IMG/VR virus record: IMGVR_UViG_3300006802_000538
Location: 1 to 24,507 of that record
Strand: one strand, 5' to 3'
Source of the DNA: a virus
Taxonomy: Duplodnaviria > Caudoviricetes
Length of the DNA: 24,507 nt
Made by a program: the position numbers and the translations under genes. Below, in pieces: positions 7,270-16,600 of this stretch (the first letter of the stretch is position 1; every line of letters starts with the position of its first letter). Below the pieces are notes generated by a model. The model was given only the letters and a program-made list of their open reading frames with translations, ran no database searches and was not told where the DNA came from.

Positions 7270-8721
7270 ATGGAACAATTTTTAGCCAACTATCCATTCA
7301 AAAATAAGCCGTTCCTACACCAAGAAGCCTATTTGGCTAGGTTCTGGAACAAAGAAAACGCCGCCCTTTTTGCAGAGATGGGAACAGGCAAGTCGTATAT
7401 GGTGATCAACAACATTGCCATGCTGTACGACCTTGGCCGTATCAATGCTGCTCTCATCGTCGCCCCGAAGGGCGTCTATCGGAACTGGGTGGACACAGAA
7501 ATCCCTAGGCACATGCCCAGCCATGTGGTGCACCGCATTGCACTATGGTCCCATGCCCCACGAAAAGCGGAAAAGAAGGCGATGGACGACCTTCTGGAGT
7601 CCTCAGAAGACCTGCGAATTCTGGTCATGAATATCGAAGCACTGTCCACGTCCAAGGGAACAAGTTTCGCAAGGTTCTTTCTGAACATGTATAAGGCGCT
7701 CATGGTCATTGATGAAAGCACCACCATCAAGAACCATACTGCGACAAGGTCAAAAAATGCCGCAAAAATAGGCAAATTAGCGCGTTTTCGGCGAATCATG
7801 ACCGGCTCTCCCGTGACTCGTTCGCCGATGGACCTATACCAACAGTGCTTCTTCCTCAACGAGGATTGCTTGGGGTTCAGTAGCTACTACGCGTTCCAGT
7901 CGCGTTACGCTGTCACCGTCGAGAAAGCCTTGGGCAGTCATTCGTTCCGCAAGGTCGTCGCTTACAGGAAACTCGATGAACTAAAAGAACGCCTTGATAA
8001 ATTCAGCTTCCGCGTCACGAAAGACGAGTGCCTAGACCTACCAGAAAAACTCTACATCAAGCGAGAGGTAGACCTGACCGATGAGCAGGGCCGTGTCTAC
8101 ATGGAAATGAAACATCTGGCCGTCGCGAGCATTGAGCGTGACATGGCCAGCACAGTCAACGCGCTTACACAGTTGATGCGCCTACATCAGATTGTATGCG
8201 GGCACCTAAAGCTAGATTCCGGGGAGGTAGTCTCGCTTCCCAACAACCGCCTCAAAGAACTGCTGAATGTGCTGGAAGAATCCGATGGCAAGGTCATCAT
8301 CTGGGCCACGTATCGGCACGACATCGAGGCGATCAAACTCGAACTTCAAAAGACCTATGGAATGGAGACCGTCGGTACCTATTACGGAGACACTGAAGGG
8401 GAAGAACGGCAACGCGTGGTCAGGGACTTCCAAGACCCTGATAGTCCCTTGCGCTTTTTCATCGGAAACCCCCGGACAGGGGGCTACGGGATTACCCTGA
8501 CCGCCGCCAATCTGGTGGTCTACTACAGTAATAGTTTTGACCTTGAAATCCGCCTGCAGTCCGAGGACCGCGCTCATCGAATTGGTCAGAAGCGAAACGT
8601 GACCTACGTTGACCTGATGTGCCCTCGAACAGTTGACGAAAAAATAGTCAAGGCGCTCAGGGACAAGATTGACATCGCAAATCAGGTGCTAGGGGAGGAC
8701 ATCCGGTCATGGTTGATTTGA
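7270..8721 (+). CDS. SNF2-family (SF2) helicase/ATPase
   Basis: AEMGTGKS, IVAPK, IDESTTIKN, MTGSPV, KVIIWA, GGYGITL, QSEDRAHRIGQ. Confidence 0.95.
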   Translation: MEQFLANYPFKNKPFLHQEAYLARFWNKENAALFAEMGTGKSYMVINNIAMLYDLGRINAALIVAPKGVYRNWVDTEIPRHMPSHVVHRIALWSHAPRKAEKKAMDDLLESSEDLRILVMNIEALSTSKGTSFARFFLNMYKALMVIDESTTIKNHTATRSKNAAKIGKLARFRRIMTGSPVTRSPMDLYQQCFFLNEDCLGFSSYYAFQSRYAVTVEKALGSHSFRKVVAYRKLDELKERLDKFSFRVTKDECLDLPEKLYIKREVDLTDEQGRVYMEMKHLAVASIERDMASTVNALTQLMRLHQIVCGHLKLDSGEVVSLPNNRLKELLNVLEESDGKVIIWATYRHDIEAIKLELQKTYGMETVGTYYGDTEGEERQRVVRDFQDPDSPLRFFIGNPRTGGYGITLTAANLVVYYSNSFDLEIRLQSEDRAHRIGQKRNVTYVDLMCPRTVDEKIVKALRDKIDIANQVLGEDIRSWLI

Positions 8722-9446
8722 TACCCATCAGGAAAGAGTTCAAATACGAAGAACTACGTCGGGAAGACGGCCCCAACGGGCGCCGGTACGTGTACGGTGA
8801 ACAGCGCCTTCCCAGCGTGACCCATATCTTGTCGTCAACAGGCGACAAACAGGCCTTGAAAGACTGGGAAAACAGGGTTGGAACAGAAGAGGCAGAGCGC
8901 ATCAAAACAGAGGCATCCCTTGTGGGCACCCACATGCACTCTGTGATCGAACGAATGGTGGCTATGCGAGACCTGCCAAGGCCGACGAACTGGGCCATGA
9001 CAAAAGGCTATGAAATGGGCTATCGGCTCATCAATACCTTCTTCAAGAACATCGACGCCATCCATGGCTCCGAGGTGCCCCTGTACTACCCGGACAAGTA
9101 TGCTGGAACAGCGGACATGGTGGCCGTGTACCGTGGTCAGTTGGCCATTATCGACTTCAAACAGTCCAATAAGGTCAAAAGAAGGGGCTGGATCGACAGC
9201 TATTTTCAGCAACTCGCAGCGTATGCGCTTGCACACGACATGGTCCACGGTACTCGCATCGATTACGGCGTAATCCTAATGGCTTGCCGTGATGATGCGA
9301 ATACCATGCTGGAGTTTACGACCACGGGCCGCGATTTCGCCCAACATCAGGAGAAATGGCTGCGCCGGGTAAGCGCCTACTATGACGCTACGCCGCAGGT
9401 TGCTGCTCCTCCTCGGGAGGTACTGCCGCCTGTGCCGGGGGAGTGA
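8709..9446 (+). CDS. PD-(D/E)XK exonuclease (RecB/Cas4-like superfamily, no Fe-S cysteines)
   Basis: LPSVTHIL, GTHMH, SEVPLY, YAGTAD, IIDFKQS, QLAAYALAH. Confidence 0.9.
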   Translation: MVDLIPIRKEFKYEELRREDGPNGRRYVYGEQRLPSVTHILSSTGDKQALKDWENRVGTEEAERIKTEASLVGTHMHSVIERMVAMRDLPRPTNWAMTKGYEMGYRLINTFFKNIDAIHGSEVPLYYPDKYAGTADMVAVYRGQLAIIDFKQSNKVKRRGWIDSYFQQLAAYALAHDMVHGTRIDYGVILMACRDDANTMLEFTTTGRDFAQHQEKWLRRVSAYYDATPQVAAPPREVLPPVPGE

Positions 9447-11520
9447 GCCCCTGCAAAAGCTGGTCGTTCGGGAACAACTGCTCAAGCATCATGCGGCTCT
9501 GGCTGTTCGGCGCTCCTCCCGGAGCGGGAGCAGCAGGTGCCGCCGGCGCTGGAGCAGCAGGTGCCTGAGACCCGGGCATTCCTCTTGTGGAGGGGACAGC
9601 AGCATTTTTTTCAAATGCCCCTCGAAAAGCCTCCATCCGTCTTTTGGCGGATACCTCATTGAGCAGCTTATCTTTGGCCTCTTCTTCTGCAATGTTATAC
9701 GCTTCCTGCAACCACGCAGGAGCGGCAACCGTCTTTATGTCAGACATAGGGCTATAAAGATCGACGCCGGCTATCTCAGAAAGCAGGCGTTTTCTATCAA
9801 CGTCCGCGCCTCTGCCCACAAGGCCTAGTACTTTTTGCAGCGCCTGCTGCTTAAGGGTACTCAGGGCCAGTGTGTTATTTGCGCCCAGAGCATTGGCAAT
9901 GAGGATTGCTGCGGGCCTATCCAGCGCCTCTGAAATCTTTTCTTTGCCCATTTTTGTGGCGTCGTAGGCCGATGCCCAGTCTCGCATCGAGCGGAGATTC
10001 TTTATATCGTCTTGCGACAAAAGCTCCGTTGCAAGGCTGTAGTTTTTAAGCAAAAGATTATCGACGTTTTCCTTGAACTTGCTGAGATCTCTCTCTTCCA
10101 GAAGAGGCTGCAACACGGAATAACGTACCTCTGTTGAAAGAGCCTTTATCTGCGGGCTATCTTCTCCAAAAATTTCCTTTAAGCGAGACATAACACGCTG
10201 GGCACCCGCCGGGTACTTCTGCGCGCTTTCTCCAAACAAGGATTTACGAACCTCCTCCGGCGTGATCTCCTTGTTGCTAAGTATCTTTCGAACTGCTTTT
10301 TCTTCGTCAAATAGACGCCGATAATTCGCCCAGAACTTATCCGCGCCAATAAGCGCCGGAAAAACAGACCTATCCCCAAGCATTGTTTGGTTGTCGTAAG
10401 CATCACGGATAAGGCCATCAAGCCTTGCCCGGATGTGGCCAAATGCTGCGCCTTCTTCGCCCTTTACTCTTTTCCCAAGAGCCCTTCTGAGCGTAACGAT
10501 TCCGTTCGGCCCTCCCATGGGAACAGCGTCAGGCATTTCAGCCTGTTTTTTTATGTTACTAAGAACTGCCTTAAGCTGAGGCATTGCATCAAGCGCAAAA
10601 CGACCCTCGTTAATGTAGTTCGTGATGTCGTCCGAAAAATCCAAGAACGCTTTTTGAGGAATCGCTGCTTTCTTTGAAGAAGCGAGCGTATACAACTCGT
10701 CCCCTTTTTCTTTGTATCTTTGATCTAATCTCCGCCCAGCGTCTGCAATTTCTTTCAGTCGTTCAGCATAACGAACCTGATTTCCAGACAAATTTTTAGC
10801 TTTTAGTACAAATTGCTTGGCCTGCGTCGCGACTGGCTCAGTCAAGTCTATGCCGGACTCAGCAAAGCGCTTGGTGGCCTTCTTGACGAGATCTTTTCTG
10901 CCTAGTTTATCGGGAGAAACAGCCGAAAATATGTTTGCATTTGCGGCTGCCGCTGTTAAGTCTTCCAAGGCCTTTCTAGCCTCTCCCTTCGCCAGATTTT
11001 TTGCCCCAGATTTTACATTTCCAGCGGCTCTGGCTACTCCTCCGCCCGGGATCAAATTAGGAATAAACTCGATTCCAGAACGAACAGCCGCTCCAGCCGC
11101 CGGACCAAGAGCTTCTGCTGCCTGCTCGCCTGTCCAGTCGGCTGCCTTCGCTACAGGCTCCATAAGCTGCCCAGCAGCTCCTACAATCGCTTTTCCGCTC
11201 CTAGACCTAGGCTCGTAAGTCATCTCTTCCTGCGTTTTTTCGACAGACTCTGCGGCCTTGTTCAGATCCCCTGTCGCGAGGTTATAAAGCCCCTTCCACC
11301 CAGCAAGCGGTTCGGCAAGCATCGACGAAGCCATTGTCATTCCGGTCTCAGCAACGCCTTGTCCGAAATCCAATGCCTTCTCAGCAAACCCCTGCGGAGA
11401 AGTCTCTTTTTCCCGAAGCTCCTGAACTTTCCTGAATCCGCGTTCGGCTGCTTCGGGGCTGTCCGCAGTTATCTTGTACTTTTTGCCGTCAACATTGATG
11501 CTAAAAGACTGGGCGGCCAT
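9388..11520 (-). CDS. Putative internal virion/DNA ejection protein (710 aa)
   Basis: Last gene of the structural operon. Gly/Ala-rich N-terminal region with MTYEPRSRSGK motif recalled from DNA-transfer proteins, helical core and Pro/Ala-rich tail. Function is inferred from position and composition. Confidence 0.65.
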   Translation of the reverse strand: MAAQSFSINVDGKKYKITADSPEAAERGFRKVQELREKETSPQGFAEKALDFGQGVAETGMTMASSMLAEPLAGWKGLYNLATGDLNKAAESVEKTQEEMTYEPRSRSGKAIVGAAGQLMEPVAKAADWTGEQAAEALGPAAGAAVRSGIEFIPNLIPGGGVARAAGNVKSGAKNLAKGEARKALEDLTAAAANANIFSAVSPDKLGRKDLVKKATKRFAESGIDLTEPVATQAKQFVLKAKNLSGNQVRYAERLKEIADAGRRLDQRYKEKGDELYTLASSKKAAIPQKAFLDFSDDITNYINEGRFALDAMPQLKAVLSNIKKQAEMPDAVPMGGPNGIVTLRRALGKRVKGEEGAAFGHIRARLDGLIRDAYDNQTMLGDRSVFPALIGADKFWANYRRLFDEEKAVRKILSNKEITPEEVRKSLFGESAQKYPAGAQRVMSRLKEIFGEDSPQIKALSTEVRYSVLQPLLEERDLSKFKENVDNLLLKNYSLATELLSQDDIKNLRSMRDWASAYDATKMGKEKISEALDRPAAILIANALGANNTLALSTLKQQALQKVLGLVGRGADVDRKRLLSEIAGVDLYSPMSDIKTVAAPAWLQEAYNIAEEEAKDKLLNEVSAKRRMEAFRGAFEKNAAVPSTRGMPGSQAPAAPAPAAPAAPAPGGAPNSQSRMMLEQLFPNDQLLQGLTPPAQAAVPPEEEQQPAA

Positions 11521-11529
11521 CTTCTTCTC

Positions 11530-13623
11530 CTAATCGTTTTCGGCTTCAATACTGAAACCATCCCCAGAGTAGATCACGTTGGAAGACGGGGCTATCCCAG
11601 TTTCGGATGAAGGCCCTTGGCTCCCTACAGCAGGGGGAATACGCGGATTAAACACCGCAGGGTCTATCCCTTTTGATCTCAAATGGGCGTCAATCATTCC
11701 GTTAATCTTCGGGGGATCCCACGGTTCATCATAGGCATTCATTCGATTGATAAACGCCCCTTCGTAGGCTCCTCTTACCACGTTATTTACATTGGACAAG
11801 ATAACCCTTGGGTCACCACTTCCGGCACCCACCGACATAAGCGCCTGCTCCATGTCCTTGTTACTAAACTCCGCAGTAATTTTTCCTCCTCGCTGTGCTT
11901 TTGCAACGGCATAGGCAAGAGCGAGAAGACCTGTTCTCATGTTGTTTGACGTGATATTTGCCTCGTCAAAAACGGCATAGTTATTGGGATTAAAGATGTC
12001 GTTGATTTTTTCTGCCCCGCTATCCCCTCCAAATTTTCCACCAAGCGCCGATAGTTCTGTGCCAAACTCACCCAAAGCCCCTGCAATCCTGTTGACAGAG
12101 GTCGCTGAATCTGGGTTCTCGGTTATGCTTTGGGCCACCCTTAGTGCGGGCATTAAGATCTGGTCTGCGGCATCAATTTTTACTTCGGAATCTTCTTTTC
12201 TTTCCTCAGTGTCCGGAACCATGGACGGATTGATCTTCATGCCTGTGATGTTGGCCGGAGCCGGGGTCCCGTCTAGGAAAAACAACCTTCCGTCTTGTTC
12301 AACTCCTGACCCCACCACCCTGCGTTTATTGATGTCATAAAGAGTAATGGAATTTGGGCTACTCTTATTCTTTGACGCCGTTGGGAGTTCAACTACCTGT
12401 TCGCCTTCTCCCAAAACATACGGCTTTCCTGAGCGTAAATCCACCAAGGAAGTAGAGACCCCATCTTCGTTTATAACCCTTTCCACATTTGCTAGGATAT
12501 TCCCCCTACTGTCTTGGATAGAGAACATTCCCAGTGGTTTAGTTGCTGTCGATCTATCCTTTAGCGCACTTGCCGTAAGTTCGCCCTCTAGTTTCCTGTT
12601 TATGACTTCGTCAGAAATAGCCTGTTGCAGGGCCGCGAGCCGTGCTTCTTGGCCCATGGAATTTATCCGTCCTGCCGACTTTACGGCCAACGAAGGGACA
12701 TCACCAAAGGCCCCTGCAGCACGTGAGGCAAAGGAGCCGCTCAAGGGGTTTCCTCTGGCATCTTGGTTCGCGGCAAACGCAAAACTTCTTCGCGAGATAT
12801 CCGCCAGCAGGGCCGCCCGTTCTAGTTCTTTGTCTCGCTTTAGGTCTTGCCCCAAGGCGGAAGAAAACAGCCTCTCGTACGCCTTCGCATTACTTTCAAC
12901 GGCATTAGAATCAAGGGGGCGGATTAAAGATGAAAACGGGTTAGCTTTTTTTTTAGCTTCCCCGCCCGCCGCATAACGGGCATAACTTACCTCTCCCCCG
13001 TCAGCCATGTTTAGCGGTGGAAGCGCTCCTCCCGGGGGCATTCCTCCCGGGGGCATTCCTCCCGGGGGCATTCCTCCCGGGGGCATTGCGGGGGGCTGAA
13101 CCCCAGCCGTTACGCCCGCTCCCTGAAGCTGCTGCCCAAGGTCCGCTAGGCCTCCCCCGGCGGGAGAGGGCGGTGCACCAGCGCCCGATGGCGGGAGGGG
13201 GGGAGGAGTAGCCCCACCGGGCGCTGGGCCCGCGTTCTGTTGGCCGGGAACGCTTGCGATTCCCTGCCCGAGTTTGGATTGAAGAAGAGTAAGCACTTCT
13301 TCGGGAGTTTCCATGGCGGCTTCTTCGCCTACGAGATCTGCCAATTCCTTACGGCGAGCGTCAGGAGAGCGCATGTCTCCACGCAGGGTATTCATGAGGA
13401 TTTCTGGAGAGCGCGGCGTGCGCCCGATCATCTTGCCGGATTCCCCCTCCTCGTCGTCGTCTTCGCGTTCTAGTGCATCATCGTCTTCTTCCGGCATTCC
13501 ATTTTTTGACAGAGCTTCCATAAGGGACTCGTGCATAGAGTCCTTGAAGCCGTCCATGATGCCCACGTTCTCAATGTCCATGCCTTTACGGAACATTTTT
13601 CGATTAAGCACTTTTGATTTCAT
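11530..13623 (-). CDS. Putative internal virion/ejection protein (697 aa) with acidic and Pro/Gly-rich leader
   Basis: SD AGGT upstream. D/E-rich N-terminus, Pro/Gly linker, MADGG and YAAGG motifs, then a helical body. Confidence 0.65.
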   Translation of the reverse strand: MKSKVLNRKMFRKGMDIENVGIMDGFKDSMHESLMEALSKNGMPEEDDDALEREDDDEEGESGKMIGRTPRSPEILMNTLRGDMRSPDARRKELADLVGEEAAMETPEEVLTLLQSKLGQGIASVPGQQNAGPAPGGATPPPLPPSGAGAPPSPAGGGLADLGQQLQGAGVTAGVQPPAMPPGGMPPGGMPPGGMPPGGALPPLNMADGGEVSYARYAAGGEAKKKANPFSSLIRPLDSNAVESNAKAYERLFSSALGQDLKRDKELERAALLADISRRSFAFAANQDARGNPLSGSFASRAAGAFGDVPSLAVKSAGRINSMGQEARLAALQQAISDEVINRKLEGELTASALKDRSTATKPLGMFSIQDSRGNILANVERVINEDGVSTSLVDLRSGKPYVLGEGEQVVELPTASKNKSSPNSITLYDINKRRVVGSGVEQDGRLFFLDGTPAPANITGMKINPSMVPDTEERKEDSEVKIDAADQILMPALRVAQSITENPDSATSVNRIAGALGEFGTELSALGGKFGGDSGAEKINDIFNPNNYAVFDEANITSNNMRTGLLALAYAVAKAQRGGKITAEFSNKDMEQALMSVGAGSGDPRVILSNVNNVVRGAYEGAFINRMNAYDEPWDPPKINGMIDAHLRSKGIDPAVFNPRIPPAVGSQGPSSETGIAPSSNVIYSGDGFSIEAEND
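13028..13087. repeat. Perfect 15-bp tandem repeat x4 encoding (MPPGG)4
   Basis: CCTCCCGGGGGCATT at 13028, 13043, 13058 and 13073. Confidence 0.95.
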
Positions 13624-13632
13624 AGCTATACC

Positions 13633-16600
13633 TTAGATGATTCCGGCTCTGCTAGCAGCCCCTGCGCCTGTAAGAACGCCCGCTCCAATCCCCGCTATGG
13701 TCTGCAGGGGAGAAGTTGATGGGGCAGTTGTTGCCGACATAGACATTTGTGTAGAAGGAACGCGAGAGACGACGTCAGACAAGAAAGCAACGTCGTTACG
13801 CTCCTGCATAGCATTTTGAAGAGAGGTTGCTCTGGCCGCATCAAGTTGCGCTTGTGCATTTTGCTGCTGGCCCACGCCCATGTTGTAAAGCATGGAAACG
13901 TCGGACTGTTCAAGCTGCTGCTGCGCTTGCCCAAGCGCGGCTTGCTGGACGCCCATTGACGCCATTTGTTGGCCAAGACTTCCAAGCCCTTGTCCTTTGG
14001 CCAAGGTCGCTTCTGCTTGCTGCCCAGCAATACTTCCAAGCCCTTGTCCAAGCTGCCCGTACAACTGCCCCTTCTGAAGGTCGAACTGCCCCGAACCAAG
14101 GCTCAACTGCCCCTGCTGCGCTCCTATCTGCCCAAGGGCCTGTCCGACTGCAGCCATGTTCTGCACTCCCTGCTGACCAAGCTGAGTCTGCTGAAGCTCC
14201 TGTTGCCCAAGCACGTTTCCTGCATTTACAAGCTGCTGGCCCCTTTGAATACCAAGCTGTGCCTCTTGGGTTTCCATGTTGGCAAGATTCTGTGCCTGCT
14301 GGTTGTATATATTCGCACTTTGGGCGGCGAGATCTCCGTACAGCATGCCAGCCTGCGCTTCTTGCGAGGACATTCCGGCAAGCGCCTGAGCAGCCTGTTG
14401 GCCAAGTTGGGTCTGCTGAATTTGCTGCTGACCAAGAGTTTGGCCAGCGGCAACGAGCTGCTGTGCGCGCTGCAATTCTGCCTGAAGTTCTCTGGACTGA
14501 GTGTCCGTCAGCAAACCCGCCTGCTGTGCCTGCATCTGCCCCTGTACCTGAGCAATCTGTGCCGGCGTATACCCAGCCTGAACCATGTTTTGGTAGATAT
14601 TTGCCTCAAGGCCTGTGGCCGCCTGACCGAGCTGCGCCTGCTGAACAGCCTGTTGCCCCATAGCCTGCCCAGACTGCGTGATCTGCTGTGCCCTCTGCAA
14701 TTCTGTCTGGAGTTCGCGAGTTTGCGCGTCGGTAAGTAGTCCCGCACGCTGCGCTTGTATCTGGCTTTGGATTTGAGCGATCTGCGCGGGAGCATACCCA
14801 GCCTGAACAAGGTTCTGGTAGATAGCCGCCTCGGATGTTTCGGCCTGCTGCCCCAACTGCGCTTGCTGAAGCTCCTGTTGCCCCATCTGAGTTCCGATAT
14901 TTGCCAGCTGCTGCGCTTGGGCAAGTTCCGCCTGCGCCTGCGCGGACTGCAGTGCTCCTGCCTGCGTACCAAGCTGCCCCTGAAGCGCGGCTTCTTGTGC
15001 AATGGCGGCGGCACTACGCTGCCCAATTTCGCTCTGCGAAAGACCGAGATTACCCAGAAGGTTTCCTTGCCCCAGCTGACGCTGTTGCTGTTGCTCAAAT
15101 CCTGCCATTGCGGCCTGTTGCGCCTGCCCATAGTTTTGAGCGTAATCCTGCAGAATCTTTTGCTGCATCTGGTCTTGGATGTTTCGCTCAAATTCCGCTC
15201 GCTGAACGCCTTCGCGAGTCCCTCCAAAGGCCCCCGCCCGCACTGCCTGCGCGGCCATATCCTGCCTTGCGATGTTCGCCTGACGACGCATTTCCTGCAT
15301 CGCCTTTTGTGTCACCGCCTGTTGATAGGGGTTCATAAACTCCTGAGCAGCTTCTGGCGAATATGCTTCAGCGCCCTGCAAAAGTCCCTCAATCCCTAGA
15401 TTGATAGTTCTAGCTGCCTGTTTCTGGGCGGGAAGAGCTGCCTCAGCAACGTTCGAGGCGTTTTGAAGGCCTGCACGAACGGCCTTATTCGCCGTTCCCA
15501 TGTCAACATCAGCGCCCCTTGCCTGCTGTGCAGCCTGTCCGAGAAACGCCTGAGAACGCCCTAAATCCGCCTGAGAATACTGCCCTATATCTCGCGCAGA
15601 AGAGGTCATTCCACTGACCCCTTTTTGAATCGTCCCTATACCGCTATCTGCGGCATCAGCATAAGTTCCAAGTTGGTTAGCTACTGCTCTAGACGCGGCA
15701 AAATTAGGGTCTACGCTACTCGCAGCAGAAAGTCCTTGACGCAACGCAGCATCGCTTGCTGCTAGGTCTGCTCCAGAATACTGGCTAGCTTTCATCGCAG
15801 CTTGCCCCATTCCAGCAGTTCCCTTGGCTACTGTATCAAGCCCGTTGTCTGCAGCGTTGATAAACTGCCCTATTCCACTTGCCGCCGCGTTGGCGGCGGA
15901 AAAGTTCGGATCTATCGCCGTTGCTGAACCAATTCCGGCATTGATCGCGGTCTGACTAGGGGCTAGATTCGCCTGCGTGAATCCCCCAATCAATGCCTGA
16001 GCGGAATTAAGCCCAGCAATCCCTCCCGCAATCCCGGTCTCGCCTTTTGTTGCGGTGGCAACGGTATTGCCTAGGTTGTTGGTCGCGGTGACTGCATTGG
16101 TATAGTCAGGAGTCGCCGCTGTAAGAGCAGATGTCCCAGTGCCAATAGTGGTTTGGGCATTTGCAAGATTTGCCGCAAGGTAGTCGTCAGCCCGGCCTCC
16201 CGCGTCTTTTGCGTATCCCGCTCCTGCGTCCAAATACCCCAGCGCGTTTGTTAGACTCGGAGTAGAAGCGGCTCCTGCTGCCGTTAGCCCAGACGTATAG
16301 GCCCCCTGTGCACCGGAGTATAAGGTAGACAAATTAAGGTCGCTGAGGGCTTGTTTACCTAACTCAGCATAATCAACGCCGGAGCCTATTGTGGTGTCGG
16401 CGTCAGCTAGGTAGTCCTCCCACCCTGAAATTCCATCCCCTTTTAGCGTGTAGATGGCAGGAGATGTTTTTGTAGCCGGCGTGATGTCGTATCCGGTATA
16501 CCCGAGATCTTTTAGTAGATTTGTTTCTGCAAATTTCTGGAAAGGTGAAAGACCTGCGGCTTGGTAAGCAGGAAGTTCTAGTGTTTTTGCAATCTCGTCT

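Noticed and set aside
8709-9446. Cas4 / CRISPR system
   Set aside because: No four-Cys Fe-S motif, no other cas genes and no repeat-spacer array; an ordinary phage exonuclease.
13827-15399. Several long Leu-rich plus-strand ORFs
   Set aside because: Reverse complement of CAG/CAA-rich Gln repeats gives stop-poor Leu frames.
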